64,000 nucleotides of DNA from Takakia lepidozioides (Eukaryota; Plantae; Bryophyta): contig CM060733.1 in the NCBI GenBank assembly GCA_030704615.1, positions 19,282,001 to 19,346,000 on the forward strand, given 5' to 3'. The notes beneath the pieces were generated by a model, which worked only from the letters and a program-made list of their open reading frames with translations, ran no database searches and was not told where the DNA came from. Positions 37,577 to 51,400 of the stretch are shown here, in pieces; position 1 is the stretch's first letter; the number at the start of each line of letters is the position of its first letter. The position numbers and the translations under genes are program-made.

Positions 37577-39080
37577 TGCACTGTCACTCCTCCCGAAACC
37601 GAAGGCACGCACAGCCACTAGGCTCTGTCAAAAACCTGAACTACTCTTCTTGAGGAAAAATGAGATCCCCCGGATTCGATCTTGCTCGGTTGATCGATGT
37701 CCTAAAAAGGGCTGATCTCGAGCCGGGATTGGCGAAGACCTGCAAGACAACCTCAAATCATTAGAACACCAACGTTCGAAAGCGTTTCCTTCCTTCTTGA
37801 ACTAATATTCGGTCACTTTCAAAAGATGCAAGACATCCGGGACCGCTAATATCACAATGCAGGTGACTCCGGGGAGACAATGCGCTCCGTTCCGCCACTG
37901 CTCTCGATCTACAAGCACAAAGACGAGCTTTCCTACTCCAACAAATTGACTCTCACTGCTACACCAGCTTCAAAGTACAACAACACAACTCTCTACAGAA
38001 CTTGGCGGAAGGGAACGGAAAAGCTCCCGTGGAATGCTCTCTAACGCATGCCACATCAACTCTATCTTTCCTGCCACCAAGCTCGCACCTCCAACACAAA
38101 ACAGCTTCACAGCACGAGGCGACACAACTCTCTAAGAATATCCCCAGCGATTCCTCATTGCCTTCCTACCTTCAGGCAGTCTCAGCTACACAGGTCCAAG
38201 ATAGAGATTTCTTTTTCCGCAGATCCAAAATGCAGATCGTCCGAGTGCTTGAAAAACAGGGGATCAACCAAAGCAGCCGCCTCGCACCACACAGGATCCA
38301 CACAAAATACTCAGGCAGTAATGGCAACTAAACGCAATGGCATGGAAAGACGAGGGATTCCAAGCGTGATGGCCCGGAGATGCAGCGCGATGGAAGTATA
38401 TAGTGCTTTCCTGTCTGTTCTTCACACCCCCACGCCCTGCCAGACAACGGCTTTCTCTGCTCCACGCCCGACATTTCACCGGGCCACGTGGATAAACTCA
38501 GCGCTCCCAACGTAATTAACACAATGCTTAGCGTAAGCTAATCACTAATCCACCTCATTCTTCTACGTATTCTTGTAATCTTTCCCACACAGCGCCTGAG
38601 ATCGATTTGATCCTCAGATCCGACGGTCTCACACGAAGAGAAGAAGTAGGACCCTTCGAGAGCAGCTCCCACGCGGTGGGAAGGTAAAAGCGTGTGTTAC
38701 TAATCTTAATTTATTATTTTTAAACAAATTCGACGGTCACGAACTGACGGTTTGTCCCGTTTCTTCTCCGACTCACCCGGCGGGAGTCCGCACCACACAA
38801 CAAAACGTTTTAAGTATATATCTGCGATAAATTAATTAGTAATGCTATTTTCTGCCATACCAGTAATTTGGAAATGCAGTTTGTGGGTGTGGGCCAATCA
38901 GAAGCCCCAGAACATCTTTTAATAGGTCGTGAGGGTGGGAGCCAATAACTAATAACTTGTATCATATTTCGAGGGTGGAATCTGTGAGCTAATAACTACC
39001 GTCTATAATCAACACCGACATGATTTTTAGAGGGTGCGTCGAAGCATTTTGTAGAAACAACATTCAACCATCCGAAATTG

Positions 39081-39230
39081 GTTCAGTTTCCGAACTCATA
39101 ACATCCGATTGAATTAATAAATTCAGTTTCCGAACTCATAACATCCGAATGAATTAATTCCTTCAGTTTCTGAACTCATAACATCCGATTGAATTAATTC
39201 GTTCAGTTTCCGAACTCATAACATCGGTTG
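39081..39230. repeat. 40-bp minisatellite, about 4 copies
   Basis: TTCAGTTTCCGAACTCATAACATCCG.. starts at 39082, 39122, 39162, 39202. Confidence 0.95.
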
Positions 39231-41617
39231 AAATTTACAATTCGATCCCATAGCGGAGGGACATGGTGGTGCCCATGGTGGTGTGCACGGGAGATTACGA
39301 TTGAAAGTTAATTAAAGTTGAAACTTGTAACCTCCCTTAGTTCAATTTCAGACCTCATAACGTCCATTGAAATTTATAATTCGCTGTCGTAGCGGAAGGA
39401 CATGGTGGTGTGCACAGAAGATCATGATCGGAAGTTAATTCAAGTTGTAAGTAACTCCCTTTCCCAACATGGATCGGACTCTCCCACGTTGAAGGAAAAT
39501 GTAGCTCAGCGCTACAAATATTTTAAAAATACAAAAGGAGCGCCATTATGAATTATTATGGTTAGAGATGAAGAGGCTTCACGATGCCCACCAACCCCGT
39601 TATGCACCTTCGCCCTGCCCGCATGTGCTGCCCGCCCTTCGTGGATGAACGAAATCAGAGAGGGCGGTGGGGTGACGGAGGCAGCGGATGAATGAAAACA
39701 GCGAGGCACCGAGGCGACGAGGAAGGAGACGCCGCACGCGTGGGCCGGTCTTGGTCCGCGGGCGGGGACGACGCGTCGACGCGGCCCCAACCGTCCACCC
39801 GTCAAATAACCATTCTGTTCCTGGAACGGTCGTGGCTGTGGATGAGAACAGTTTAGAAGCTCTACTTTTCCTTTTCTAGGGTTTTTTTTTTTTTCCCTCA
39901 GGGTTCAAAGTTGTTTGGCTCAGAAGTGCAGTGACAATGTGTGGGCGCTCTTATTTTTCAAATTGAGTCATGGTGAGACCGGGAATTAGTAATTAGGTGC
40001 GATGGTGGGCAACAAGTACAGTGCGGAAAGCCTGGATGGATGGCAAGAGAGGTGACATCAATAAGAATAAGAGCTAGCTTGCAATGATCTGTGTGAATGA
40101 GAGAGCAATCACCCAAGCATGGTCTATTCTTGGTTGGTACGCGCACAACCCAACCTTCATATTTATCATTCAGCCGTGAACCGTCGTTGTCTGGAATTTA
40201 GTTGCAAAACTAGTGTGTGTACTATCAAATGCTGCTTTTTTTCTCAACAAAGAGAGAACAATACACTACCTATACACAGTTTGATTGAAGAATTCGACTC
40301 GTGAATCTTTAATTCCTACTATTCCCTTTTTTGGCTCTCTTGTAGAGAGAGACTTTGCAACATGTTGAAGTCAATGGAGAAAATGTGGCCAAAGGACCTT
40401 ACACCGTTGTCAAGGCTCCTATGGGTGTGTTGTGCAGTCATGCCCCTCTCTCACCTTCCTCTCATTTTTGCCAAAGCAAGAGAGCCCATCGCCATTTTAG
40501 GCTTGTTTAAATAGGAAGGGGAAATGGCTGCCTGTAACCCATACTAACCAATAACACATACCCTGTACACAGTTTGATTGAAGAATTCGACTCGTGAATC
40601 GTTAATTCCGACATTTTTTTCTTTTTATCTTAAATAGGAAGGGGACCTGAACGTAACTCAACCTATACACAGTTCTGAATATTTCATTCCCATACTTTTT
40701 TTCGTCTTTTAAAGAGAAATGGGGGAATGGCCGCCCAATACCGAAAAATAACCATGACCGGCGATCATTCCTCCACTGCAATAAACCCAATTTGAGAAGA
40801 TGGGTTGTCAATTTTTTTCTTCATTTAGGATCAAAGAAAGGGCAAAGACAGAAAGAGGATGTTTGGGAACTTTCAGTCTTCACAAGAGACCAAGAGAAGA
40901 CCATGGGAAGACTCTGGGAAGACTCTGGGACGACTCTGCTCTTCCTAAAAATGAGGCATCTCAAGTGCATCGTGAGGTGTGGCTGGATAGTTTATGAAAG
41001 CCGTGCCAGACATAACCTAAGTTATATGGCAGCAGCTGAGCTCTCTCTCGGAACCTTCTGTGCCTTCCTTGTGGGCACCCGCAAAGGTCAGCATTGAATT
41101 TGCCCTGCTGTAGATTGAGAGAGATGCAGGGGTGGCCCCCACAGCAGCCCACATGTTCCCTTTGCCCTCAACGTGGGTCGTTAGGTGGATTCTGTCAGAC
41201 TCTTTACCCCCCTAGATGATGCATTTTGAAGATGGGGGGCCCGGGCTTTCATTTTCATTCAGTCAAGCTGGGGAATGTTGGGTGGGAATTGTCAGAGGAA
41301 AAGGCCGCAAAGGAACCAACCAACGACGAAGATGCTTGGAAGACTTACGAAGTTGAGCTCCTGCACTTTTACATCTCTGCGCTTTCTTTCTCGCTACAGT
41401 GACAGCGTGGGGTGTCTAGTGTCTAGTGTCTACCCTGACAACGGGTCCAAGTACCGGCCTATTCACTCATCCTACTTTGAGAAACCCAAGACAAGAGAGA
41501 AAATCTCATGGATCACAGACGAAAAGGTTAGGTTTCCTGAACTCGGATAGCATTGGAATCACAGTTCAAAGTATGATCATAGTACGTAGACCTGAGCCCA
41601 TTTCTAAACCGGAGGAG

Positions 41618-41893
41618 CAGTGTTTTTTTTAAGGAATTTGGAAAACAGCACAAGTGGCTACAGAGTTTTGCAGGAAATAGCCATTTATTTTGTTCATCCA
41701 CTGTAATTCATCCACCTATGTACCATCATCCATATATATCATCCATATTTGGCGAATTCATCCATAATTTATTTTTTATTTGGGGAAATTTGGCGATTTC
41801 ATCCATGTAAAAGCAGTGGATTTGCGACAGAATATTCGATTTTTTTTTTTGAGGTCGAAATCTGGCGATTATTCGCCACTAAAAGAATGGCTG
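41618..41893. mobile_element. hAT-type MITE
   Basis: CAGTGTTTTTTT...AAAAGAATGGCTG ends; 8-bp TSD CGGAGGAG (41610-41617, 41894-41901); internal TGGCGA repeats. Confidence 0.8.
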
Positions 41894-42633
41894 CGGAGGA
41901 GATGTTGCTGAAGGGGATCTGTCCTCTGATCGATAACAGTTTTTATGTTCAACTAGGTATCAATCTTCTCCATAGATATAGAGATAAAGACAGCTCCGGT
42001 CACGTGTATCACCTACCGGTTACCGCACTTTGGCAGGGTACAACATTTCGTACTCCTGACAACTGGTATTCATGTCAAGCGTAACTGCTTCGTGCTCTCG
42101 GGACCAAACTGTCATACCCAACTGTTGCCCTTCATGGTTTTCCCACGTGGATGACAAAGACAAGGAAATTGCGAGCGATAGTCCCCCCCTTTTACCACCC
42201 TGCTGCAGTTCTGTTTTAGTGAGCGGCAAAGTAATATTACATGCTCGCTGAATGACGTCGCCCTTGTCATGGTTCGTCACGATTGTCAAGGTCATACTTT
42301 ACTTGCCTTTTGACCACGCGACTGCGGTAAGAATATCCAGGGGCCTTGCCGCCAATGTCAGGACTTATTAGGACCTCGTGGTCTCCGGCTACTAACTTAC
42401 TGGCGGCTTGAGTGATGGGTGGGTGCCCTGGAGCTTTTCCGGGGATATCAGAGCTTCTGTACATTTCACATAATCAAAAATTGGTGATTTTGTTTAAAGG
42501 AAACCTGGGAGCGACCCCATAATTCTGGCGCTTGAGGAGGGGGAAAACTAACCCCCTTTCATTTATGGGGAAAATTGGTGATTTTCACACATCATGAAAA
42601 TTAAGTAAACGTCATATGTTGGAGATATATGTT

Positions 42634-42871
42634 GGATAGGCCTCTATGATGCTAGAGGAGGACAAATGAATGTCATAGTAGATTTGGGTAATGTCAACAA
42701 ATGATGAAATTGCCGGATAGGCCTCTATGATGCTAGAGGAGGACAAATGAATGTCATAGTAGATTTGGGTAATTTCAACAAATGATGAAATTGCCGGATA
42801 GGCCTCTATGATGCTAGAGGAGGACAAATGAATGTCATATTAGATTTGGGTAATTTCAACAAATGATGAAA
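42634..42871. repeat. 81-bp tandem repeat, 3 copies
   Basis: GGATAGGCCTCTATGATGCTAGAGGAGGAC at 42634, 42715, 42796. Confidence 0.95.
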
Positions 42872-45177
42872 TCGGCAATTTCATCATGTGAAATTGACGA
42901 TTTCAACACTTCATGATTGTCGATTTCAACACATCATACTTAAAAGTTGAACAAATGATATATTGCATGGATTGAAGCCTTGATCGCATGAATTGCATGT
43001 ATTATTCTCGTTGTGATAGTCTTAACTAGCCAGTTTCAAGCTTCAACCTACATATATGGTTCAGTGCAAGACTTACTTTATTACACTCATAGGACGTCTT
43101 ACTACTGACTTGACCGTAGCAACCTTGAGAGGGAAACAACTTATGTCCAAAAGAACTCACAATAAAACTTGCAGGAAACACAAGTATTCTAGGGTTGGAG
43201 ATGACTTGAGCATGGGGGTTTCCTATCAATGTTGATCGTGAGTAGACTCTTATGATATCAGGGACCCTTGATGCGCAAGACTTTGTTTCTCGGAGTTTAC
43301 AAGTCCTAGCACCCGTTGTTGGGTAAAGGGTGCAAGGTAACGGGTAGGTAGGTAGCGCAGTTTTAATCATGGGAAGGGGGAGGGGGGAAGAAAGAAGCAA
43401 ATATTGGGCAGGATGTCATATCAAGGGCAACTGGCAAGCATGTAAAGTGGCTCTAAGACGACAATCATAGCAAAAAAAAATTAGTTGATTGCAGGATAAT
43501 TATGTCAAGGCCTTGCATAAACTTGCAGTCCTGCTTGTATATCTCTACTGGAAACTACAATTGGAATGACAGGCTGAACATCATCTTCTTACAGAATGTA
43601 CTGTTGCCGTTCCCTTGTCGTTGGCTTGCCCTATGGCCATTCACCCAGCCGGAAAGTAACCCTCCCATCATCCTTCTTAGAGAGAAGACTTGATGTACTA
43701 CGCTTTCGTTTTCATTGAGGAAAACTACCTCAACCTTGACAAGAAACCTGAGCTACACTTCCCAGTGAAACCCTAACACCTGTCTCGGCTTCTCAGAACT
43801 GACACATGAGCTTCAGGACTGTAACTAAAAACTGAAGGTGGAGTGCATGCCACTTTCAAGTTTTGTTAGTAGTTTCCTTAGTCTGCTGAGATGAGAGATT
43901 GGAGGTTATGGCCTTTGCACACTTTTGCTGATATAGGGAACCCTAACATGCTTTTGCCTTCCTCTGCTCACATCCCTTCATCCAACTGTCAACGTACCAT
44001 TTCGTTTCATACGCATGCTTATTTGTAACAACATCAGTCTCGGGCCTAATGATACAGATTTGAGTGAAGCCCACTTGCTCCATACAAGATTCTATACTTG
44101 TAAGGGAGAATTTCAAGTAAATCCCTCACCATGGAGGCAGGAGGTAGATGAGTGACAGAATGGGTGAAACAGACACCTCGCAGAGCAAGACAGACCTTAC
44201 TAGGACCCGAGCAGAGTTGGGAATTCTGAACTCTAGAGGCGTACACAATAATATTATCAAGGGGCAGTGGCAGAGTGATTTGGGGAATTCCCAAGTTCTA
44301 TGTTGGACTCAAGATGAGATTGTTTGAGGCCATGGACAAACTTACTGATTAAAAACACGGGGATTCTCCAATTTGACAAGAGTGACTTCCATCCAAAGGA
44401 ACAACACTGAACAACTTGATGCTAAGTGACAAGAAGGTGAGGACTACCCTGGTTGCTTCCAAATCGAAGTCCAACAAGGGCATGAGCACAAGAAGAAACC
44501 TAATTGTAAGTAAGTCGAAATCACCATACCCTAGCTATTCCAAACCATAGCGCCCTTCCACATTCCATCCTAGAGTGAAATTGGACATTACTCAAAACAT
44601 GGTAGCCTCCACCACCCATGGTGATCTCCGATGAGAAAATGGCCGTCTTTGTCTAATACCCCTTTGTCTTCCACTAAGTTCTTGTATGGGCCATCTCTCT
44701 TGCACGATAGCATGTGTAGGGGGGGTGCATTGAGACCGGGATCTGGGTTTCACATGTGATTGCTCAAGATTCTCTCTATATCGTACCCTTGCCATGCAGA
44801 TAGTGGAGTACAATCTGTGCCACAAGAATGTATGCTGCAGCTACTGATATATCACTTTGCTCTCATAATACACTATTACACCTCCAGAACAGCATTACAA
44901 CAGTGATGCCCAAAACAATGTGCACCAACTCAGCCCATGGGGTACTGCACTTTCTCTCTTCCTACAGAACTCATTCTTATTGTCCACTAACAAAAAGCTC
45001 GTTCGTTAAAATTTCAGCCAAAACGAAAATACAAAGTCCCTCGAGTGCCGATGTTTGAAGTCAGAGCGTCCATGACACGGATAACCCTAAGGTTAACCCT
45101 CTGCTACTTAGCTCTTACCCTTCCACCACTGTGCACATCCACTTCCGAACCATAGGAAGCCTACATCTCAAACCAGA

Positions 45178-46122
45178 TTACCGGTACTGCAAAAACACCA
45201 TGTGAGCAAGCAACAACATAAGAACCGGCTTCGAACAGAAAATATTTGCACATACAGCTTCCATCCTTTCTCCATCATACCAGCCAGAAAAAGACCTGCA
45301 GACAGCTGCAACCGTTTCCTACCTTGACAGGGGAAGTTCGGACAAAATCCTTCACCAAGCGAGGAAGGAAAGTGATAAGGGGAGTTCAATCTCTAATTAG
45401 AAGTTCTGCAGCGCCTCTTGATATCTTGAAGTAGAAATCATCCAAAGGTAATTTTTTCCAAACAGACACTCATCCTAAGAGAGAAAATAGAGGAAGAGGG
45501 ATATACCTTAACAAAGCCAATGTCCTTGGAGTAGATGCGAAAGCACTGCCGGCATGTGTTGATACCATACTTGCGAATCAAACCATGGCCATTCCCGCAC
45601 ACCCGGCTGCATAGACAGTCCCAGAACAAGTCTCACAATCAAATACAATATCAGAGACACACTCGCACATGCGCAACATGAATCCCACCAGCAACAATCT
45701 AGTTGACTCTAACCCTACACTCAATAAGAAGGATGCGCTACAAAGCTCTACCGTAGGCAAATCGTCAGGGAGCCGAGCTGATGCACCCGTATCTCAACAG
45801 AGACCACGGCAGATTCAATCTACAAAGTTCCTCACCAAGAGGAAAACCAGAACAAGCCAGCTCAATCTTCTCGTGGCATAAGTTGAAAAGGGAAATGGAA
45901 ATAAAGGCAAAACGATGTTTCTAGCAAATTCCCCTTCACAAAGTTTAGGGTTGCAAACTTGCACTTGCACAAAGGCAGTTCAGCAATCGGTAACACTGCG
46001 AAAAGCAACACGAGCAAGGCCGGAAGAGAGGGAGGGTAAGAGAAAGACACGAGAGCATACCAGGTGCGAGAACCAGGCCCGAACTTCTTGGGATGCGAGT
46101 TCCACACTGCTGCATGACCCAT
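45178..46122 (-). CDS. RPS29: 40S ribosomal protein S29 (uS14), 56 aa, 3 exons
   Basis: Exons 46122-46061 ([20 protein letters not shown]), 45606-45507 ([34 protein letters not shown]), 45186-45178 (YR*). Confidence 0.97.
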
Positions 46123-46249
46123 CTTTGCAGTTTGATGCTACAAGCGCCCTCCCTCTCTTTCCCTCTCAATTGGCACGCAGTCAGACGAGATGCAGACAAT
46201 CGATCCACAAGAACCCAAATCCAAAAAGACCCCACCAGAGGCAGCCAGG

Positions 46250-46310
46250 GTTATATATAGTCTACTCGAGAAGGTCTGTCGGCGCCAGACTCCGCAATTC
46301 CAAACCCTAA
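46250..46310 (-). promoter_or_regulatory. RPS29 promoter: TATA box and telo-box
   Basis: TATATAA (minus strand) at ~46251-46258 and AAACCCTAA at 46302-46310; telo-boxes are typical of plant ribosomal protein promoters. Confidence 0.55.
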
Positions 46311-48453
46311 TTTCCACTCCACTCAGGCGGTTTTGGGTTCAATTTTTTTGTAACAGTGGTACCTTCTCTTGGCTTGTTTGAAAGGGGGTTAATTTTCCCT
46401 GGTCCTGAATTCTGTTGATCCCCAGGTCTCCCTTCTTAAAATACTCTAATCCAGGGAAAAACAAAACAGCAGTATGCAGACATGAAGGCCAGGTGTTCTT
46501 TGGTTTTGGATCAACATCAAGGCTACCCTTTAGCATATTTTCTATGACTTACTGGTTGAAGGTCATAAGATGTGGGGGAGTGGTACTGAAAACAGTATGC
46601 AGATGCAGATGTTCTTAGAGCAGGAGGACAGCCCTCCTCGCGCAATTTGATGCAGAATGGGCTCATCTTGAAATACTTTGCAAACTCGAGGGAGACAGAG
46701 GGGCACTTCGACCTCCTCTCGAGGGGGTATCTTCTTGCCACTGGGCTTCGCCAAGGGATCCAAAAGACAGGGACATTAATTGGAGGAACCGAAAGAATGG
46801 GGACTCCAAAGTCCGAGCTCATTTCAGTTTTTGAGGCTCTAAGGCAGAAGGGTTGATAGATTTTAGTGCTAATCCTGGTGACACCTTCCCTGGCCTTAGG
46901 TTCCTTAGGTTCTCCTTCATTTCCTCTTGGGAGCTGTTCCTTACTGCTATTGATCTTGCTGTACGCTCCCCTTTCATTATTTCTCCCCTTCTCTGACTTT
47001 TTTCTTGGATTATGAAGACATTTAAATAACCATAATGGTTATGGTATGGAAAGTTGATTCCCATTTGCAAAGGGAAGTTATGGTAGGCTTCAGTTTTCTG
47101 GCTTGTTCCAAATGAAGCCTCCCCTTTAAAACTGGAAGCCAGGATTGCGAGTAGAGCATAGCCCTAGGTGGCAGTTTCCCGGGTGCTACCCTATTGCTTG
47201 CGATGTACATGCCTCATGGCCTTCTGTCTTGGTTATTTTTTTCCAAGATACCCATTTAAAGGGCCTCTGTCCCCTTTCGTTTTAAGAAAAAAAAGATATG
47301 AATGGAACATCTGAGGGGTCCATCTGCAACACATTCTTCATTGGACTCCAAATTTCTCATTCTGTACTATTGAAATGCCACTTTTTCCAAGAGAAAACAA
47401 ACCATAAAGCACAGTCTGGCCAAAAAACTCTGGCATTCATTGATGAACTAGGCTCAGTGGCAATGATCATTCATTTTACTTATAAAAGAGGTTCATAGCC
47501 CGAATGTTCCTGTCATTCAAAAGCACTGAATTGGTGTGTGAAGGGCACAAGTTCTCCTGCAGCTTCTTTCTGCCTCTTGTAAACAACATATTTGTTGATC
47601 TGCATCAACTCAGGAAGTATGAAGCACCTATTAAATCAGCACAATCAGTCCACCACCCACTGAAATTTCAGAAGACAAATTTACCTCAAGTCAACATGGT
47701 AGTTACAGCAGAATTAATCTCATTCTCTTATCATGGATGTCTTCAAGAGGGAGCTTAATGAAAAGGCCTATCAAAAAAATTCACTGGGGCCCTTCTCCCA
47801 TATAGCAGTGGAATGAAATCAGACCCTGAAGTTTGATTTCGGTTCTGTTGTTTCACACCTAAGCCAGTATCCCCCATCAACCCATTAGAACCCAGGCTTC
47901 GATATGAAGACTGGATGGTGGAATTCTATTGCTTGTGAACTGCAAAAACTTCCCAGCACTGCCAACAATTATGATACTGGACCTCTAGACAATCCATACG
48001 CACAAATTGAAAATAAAGCAGCTGCTATTATGGGACCAAAACAAAACAAAAAAGAGGTTTCAAACCTCAGTGTGGACAGAACTCGCACTGGCAAATCAGT
48101 CCCTTAACCACCTAGACTACTCTAGTATAACCATATAATGTCTCACACTGAGGTACCTCATATAGATCCCCTACAGTGCTGTGCTGCGACCACTGTGTAT
48201 AATGCTATGACTTTGGAACTACGTTAACTGACAGCCAATGGTTCACAGACATTTCCCTCTTCTGCTGCACTCCTGTCTTTACTGTGTGAATCTCTCTCCT
48301 TCTACAAATTACATGTAACCACCCTCTGTAATCATGGCACTTGAAGCCAAGTCGAACCCTTCTTACAAAAGCCCGCTACTACATATAGATGCCACAGCCG
48401 AAGCTTCAATGAGCCTCACACCCCGAGAAGATCTGCAAAAACTCTCTAATAAA

Positions 48454-51400
48454 CTATTCGCGTTTAGCTCCAGATAGGTTCAAAGGCCAACCCCCACTTG
48501 ATGGTAGTGCCGCTCGAGACCTGGTTCCAGAGCCTGCAACACCCATACAGCAACAGTCTTAACACTCAATCAAGATAGGAAGGAATCAGAATACGTCCAA
48601 CTCCATAACGTTGAGGCATCAACGCAACAAATTTAACACCATGAGTTCTGTGAAGATTTAGCACTATCAAGACAGGGACGCCTGAGCTTACCAGGTAGCT
48701 ATTTTGCTACAGCACTGTAGCTACAAAATACATGGTTCAGATGCCTGAAGCCCTACATTGAGGGTTCCGGTGTGGAAAAAAATCCTATGGGGGCATTCCC
48801 ATGTTGATTTGCATCACTAAAGCTTATTGAGTCTGAGATAGCCTTTCAATTGGCAATTAGAAAGTGCTCACCTTCTAACAAGAGGAGGCACAATCAGGTG
48901 CAATCTGAGGTGCAATCTACATTAGCTTTGACAGGCGTGTTTCTAGGAAATTGAATATGATCTACTGCTCAAGTAAATCAGCATGTCTGCTGTTATTTCA
49001 AAACACAACTCCAGTGCTTTAAGCCAAAGCCCAGAGAACAACCCCTCCTGTACATGGTCAAACCTCTGAAATGCTTGTCAAGCGCTCAGCAACTTCTAAT
49101 CCCCATTTTTTCATGCAGAAGAGAGATAAAAATAGACACTGAAACAATAGACAGAAATAAGCTGTCTTTGTCCTCTTCAAATATCTAGCTTCCTAGGCCC
49201 CCAGAAACACTTACCACCATTGCTGCTACCAATGGCCTGTGATCGATTCTTGCCCCATCGAGGAAGCGTCTTCTCCCGTTCCTCCCATGTCCTTTCAAAA
49301 TCTGGCACTTCCTCTGCACATCAATGGCACAATCGAGTAACGCAACTCTCATAAGCTAAAAAGTCAACAAACAAAAATCTGATGTATGAAGAGAATGATA
49401 TCAACACCAGTGGCCTTCCACATTACCCTGGCAGCATGCAAAGCAACTTTGTTCCCAAAGATGAAGAGATAACTAGGTGTGCAGACAACAGACCTTCCTC
49501 CAGATTATGCAGAGTTTCCAGACTATCCTCTCGACCTTCAGATGTACGTTTACGAGTTATTGAGCGGCCCTGTGCGAGACAAATAATACAGAAGTTAGAA
49601 GCACGAACCATCTTTCATTTCAGAAATGTGCTAAGTGTGAAGGTGTGTAAGAGTGCAAACACGAGAAATCTCTCAAGTCACACAATACAGACTTGAATTA
49701 AGCCGAAATTCAACACTTTGGCCTCCAAACCGTTGTGAACCTTAAAAATAACATGATTGACATCAGACCACTTCACATCATTTCACATAAGGAAACAGAA
49801 CAAGAACGGGAACTACACCTTTTCACCAACACCTCGGGAATGGCGTTTTGTCTCATATCCCGTCGCAGAGTCTTTCTCCTGGAACTCCTCTTCCACAACC
49901 TGTCATTCATTGCATAAACAAAACCTCAAATCCTAATCGGAACTGAGACACTTGGCACAAGCCAAAGTTGAGGAGCCATGTATGCAGGTCTAACAGAGAA
50001 ATACAAAACATTCTAGGAGAGACAATCCAGAAAGATACTAACAGTGAGAAAATTTTGAGTCAAGCTACGGGGACAGCAGTTGCAGTCTGCACGGTGGAGA
50101 GTAGATGATATCTACCATTCATTCCTGCTGAGATCACATTATTATTTGTTCAGTGCACCTTACCAATTTACATCATGACGAGCTCAACCTGAATGGTCAC
50201 TCAATCACACAGTTTGCAGTGTCCTCTTCATATTGCAAATTCACATAGCACCCAAACAGAAGCAATCCGCCTTACAAGTGGTCGTAGGTTCAAAGAAACA
50301 TAGGTGTACGTTGGATGTCACCCATTATGGCCAACCCAGCCATAAAAAGGGGGTACGCAGGGTCAACCGGCTACTTAATGTGTGGGTACCTGGGGACTTT
50401 TGAGTCCTAGGGGGAGGGTTGGGCAACCGAGTTGCCCCAGTTACGGCCGTTAGCAGGTGTCCGCCTTCCAAACGGAAGGCAGTTGCCCTTCAGGGTGAAG
50501 TGACACCATAAGATACGCTTGCTTCGGCAAGTCTTCCTTCTTTTTTCTTTTTTGTACATGGCAGCACTTTACCAACCTCTACATCTACTTACGACATTAA
50601 TCACGGAGCCAAAAGGTAGAGAACACGCAAAGGGAGAAAGGCAGACATTGGTGAGAAGATAGATTTACCCCATCAGGACCCATGCGCCTGGAGGCAGAGG
50701 AGGAATAGTGGATGCCCTTGGGGCCGCCATATGTAACAGATGAGCTCTGGAAGCTATAGCTCCGCACATTGCCATTGCGCGATGTCGATAATGGGCCTTG
50801 TCGCACCACATTCCTGCTCGACCGAGAGCTCTGATCTCCTGCTCCAACCAACTTCAACCCAGATTATTTTCATGGATAGAGAGACACAAAAGAGATTGAT
50901 GGACCTTATGCTGGCAACAGTGACTAAACCTAGTCACCACACCCGCACCCCACCATACTACATCCACAAAGGCTTGTTAGACCAGCTTGTGGGACAACCT
51001 TTCAACTTGGGTTCTGAAGAGGACAGAAATGTGGAGTGAAGAAGAAATACATCAGTAACACTACCTCTCTGATGGCTGTGAAATTGAGATGATAAAGCAA
51101 AATGTCCCAATACCCATGGAGAACAAAGGTCGGAATGTAACCCTCACATTAACACCTTAATCCATGCTATCATTGGGTCAGTAAAGGTTGTGTGACAGGG
51201 ATCTCAGAGCTTTCCCTCAAGGTGCAGATTTGGGACCAACTTCTAAATCACAAAGGACAGGGCATGGCAGATCCATGTGAGAATGTCTGGCAGATTTGAA
51301 TGACTCTGCGGAAGACCAGATACTCATGTTCAGATAAGCACGCATCACAGATTAAACAGCCAGCATCAGTATGGAGGGTCCAACTTCATCGTGTCACAAT

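Noticed and set aside
37081-37715. Plus-strand ORFs of up to 168 aa
   Set aside because: Antisense shadows of FAT exon 1
46340-47300. Possible LINE remnant upstream of RPS29
   Set aside because: No diagnostic endonuclease or RT motif could be read
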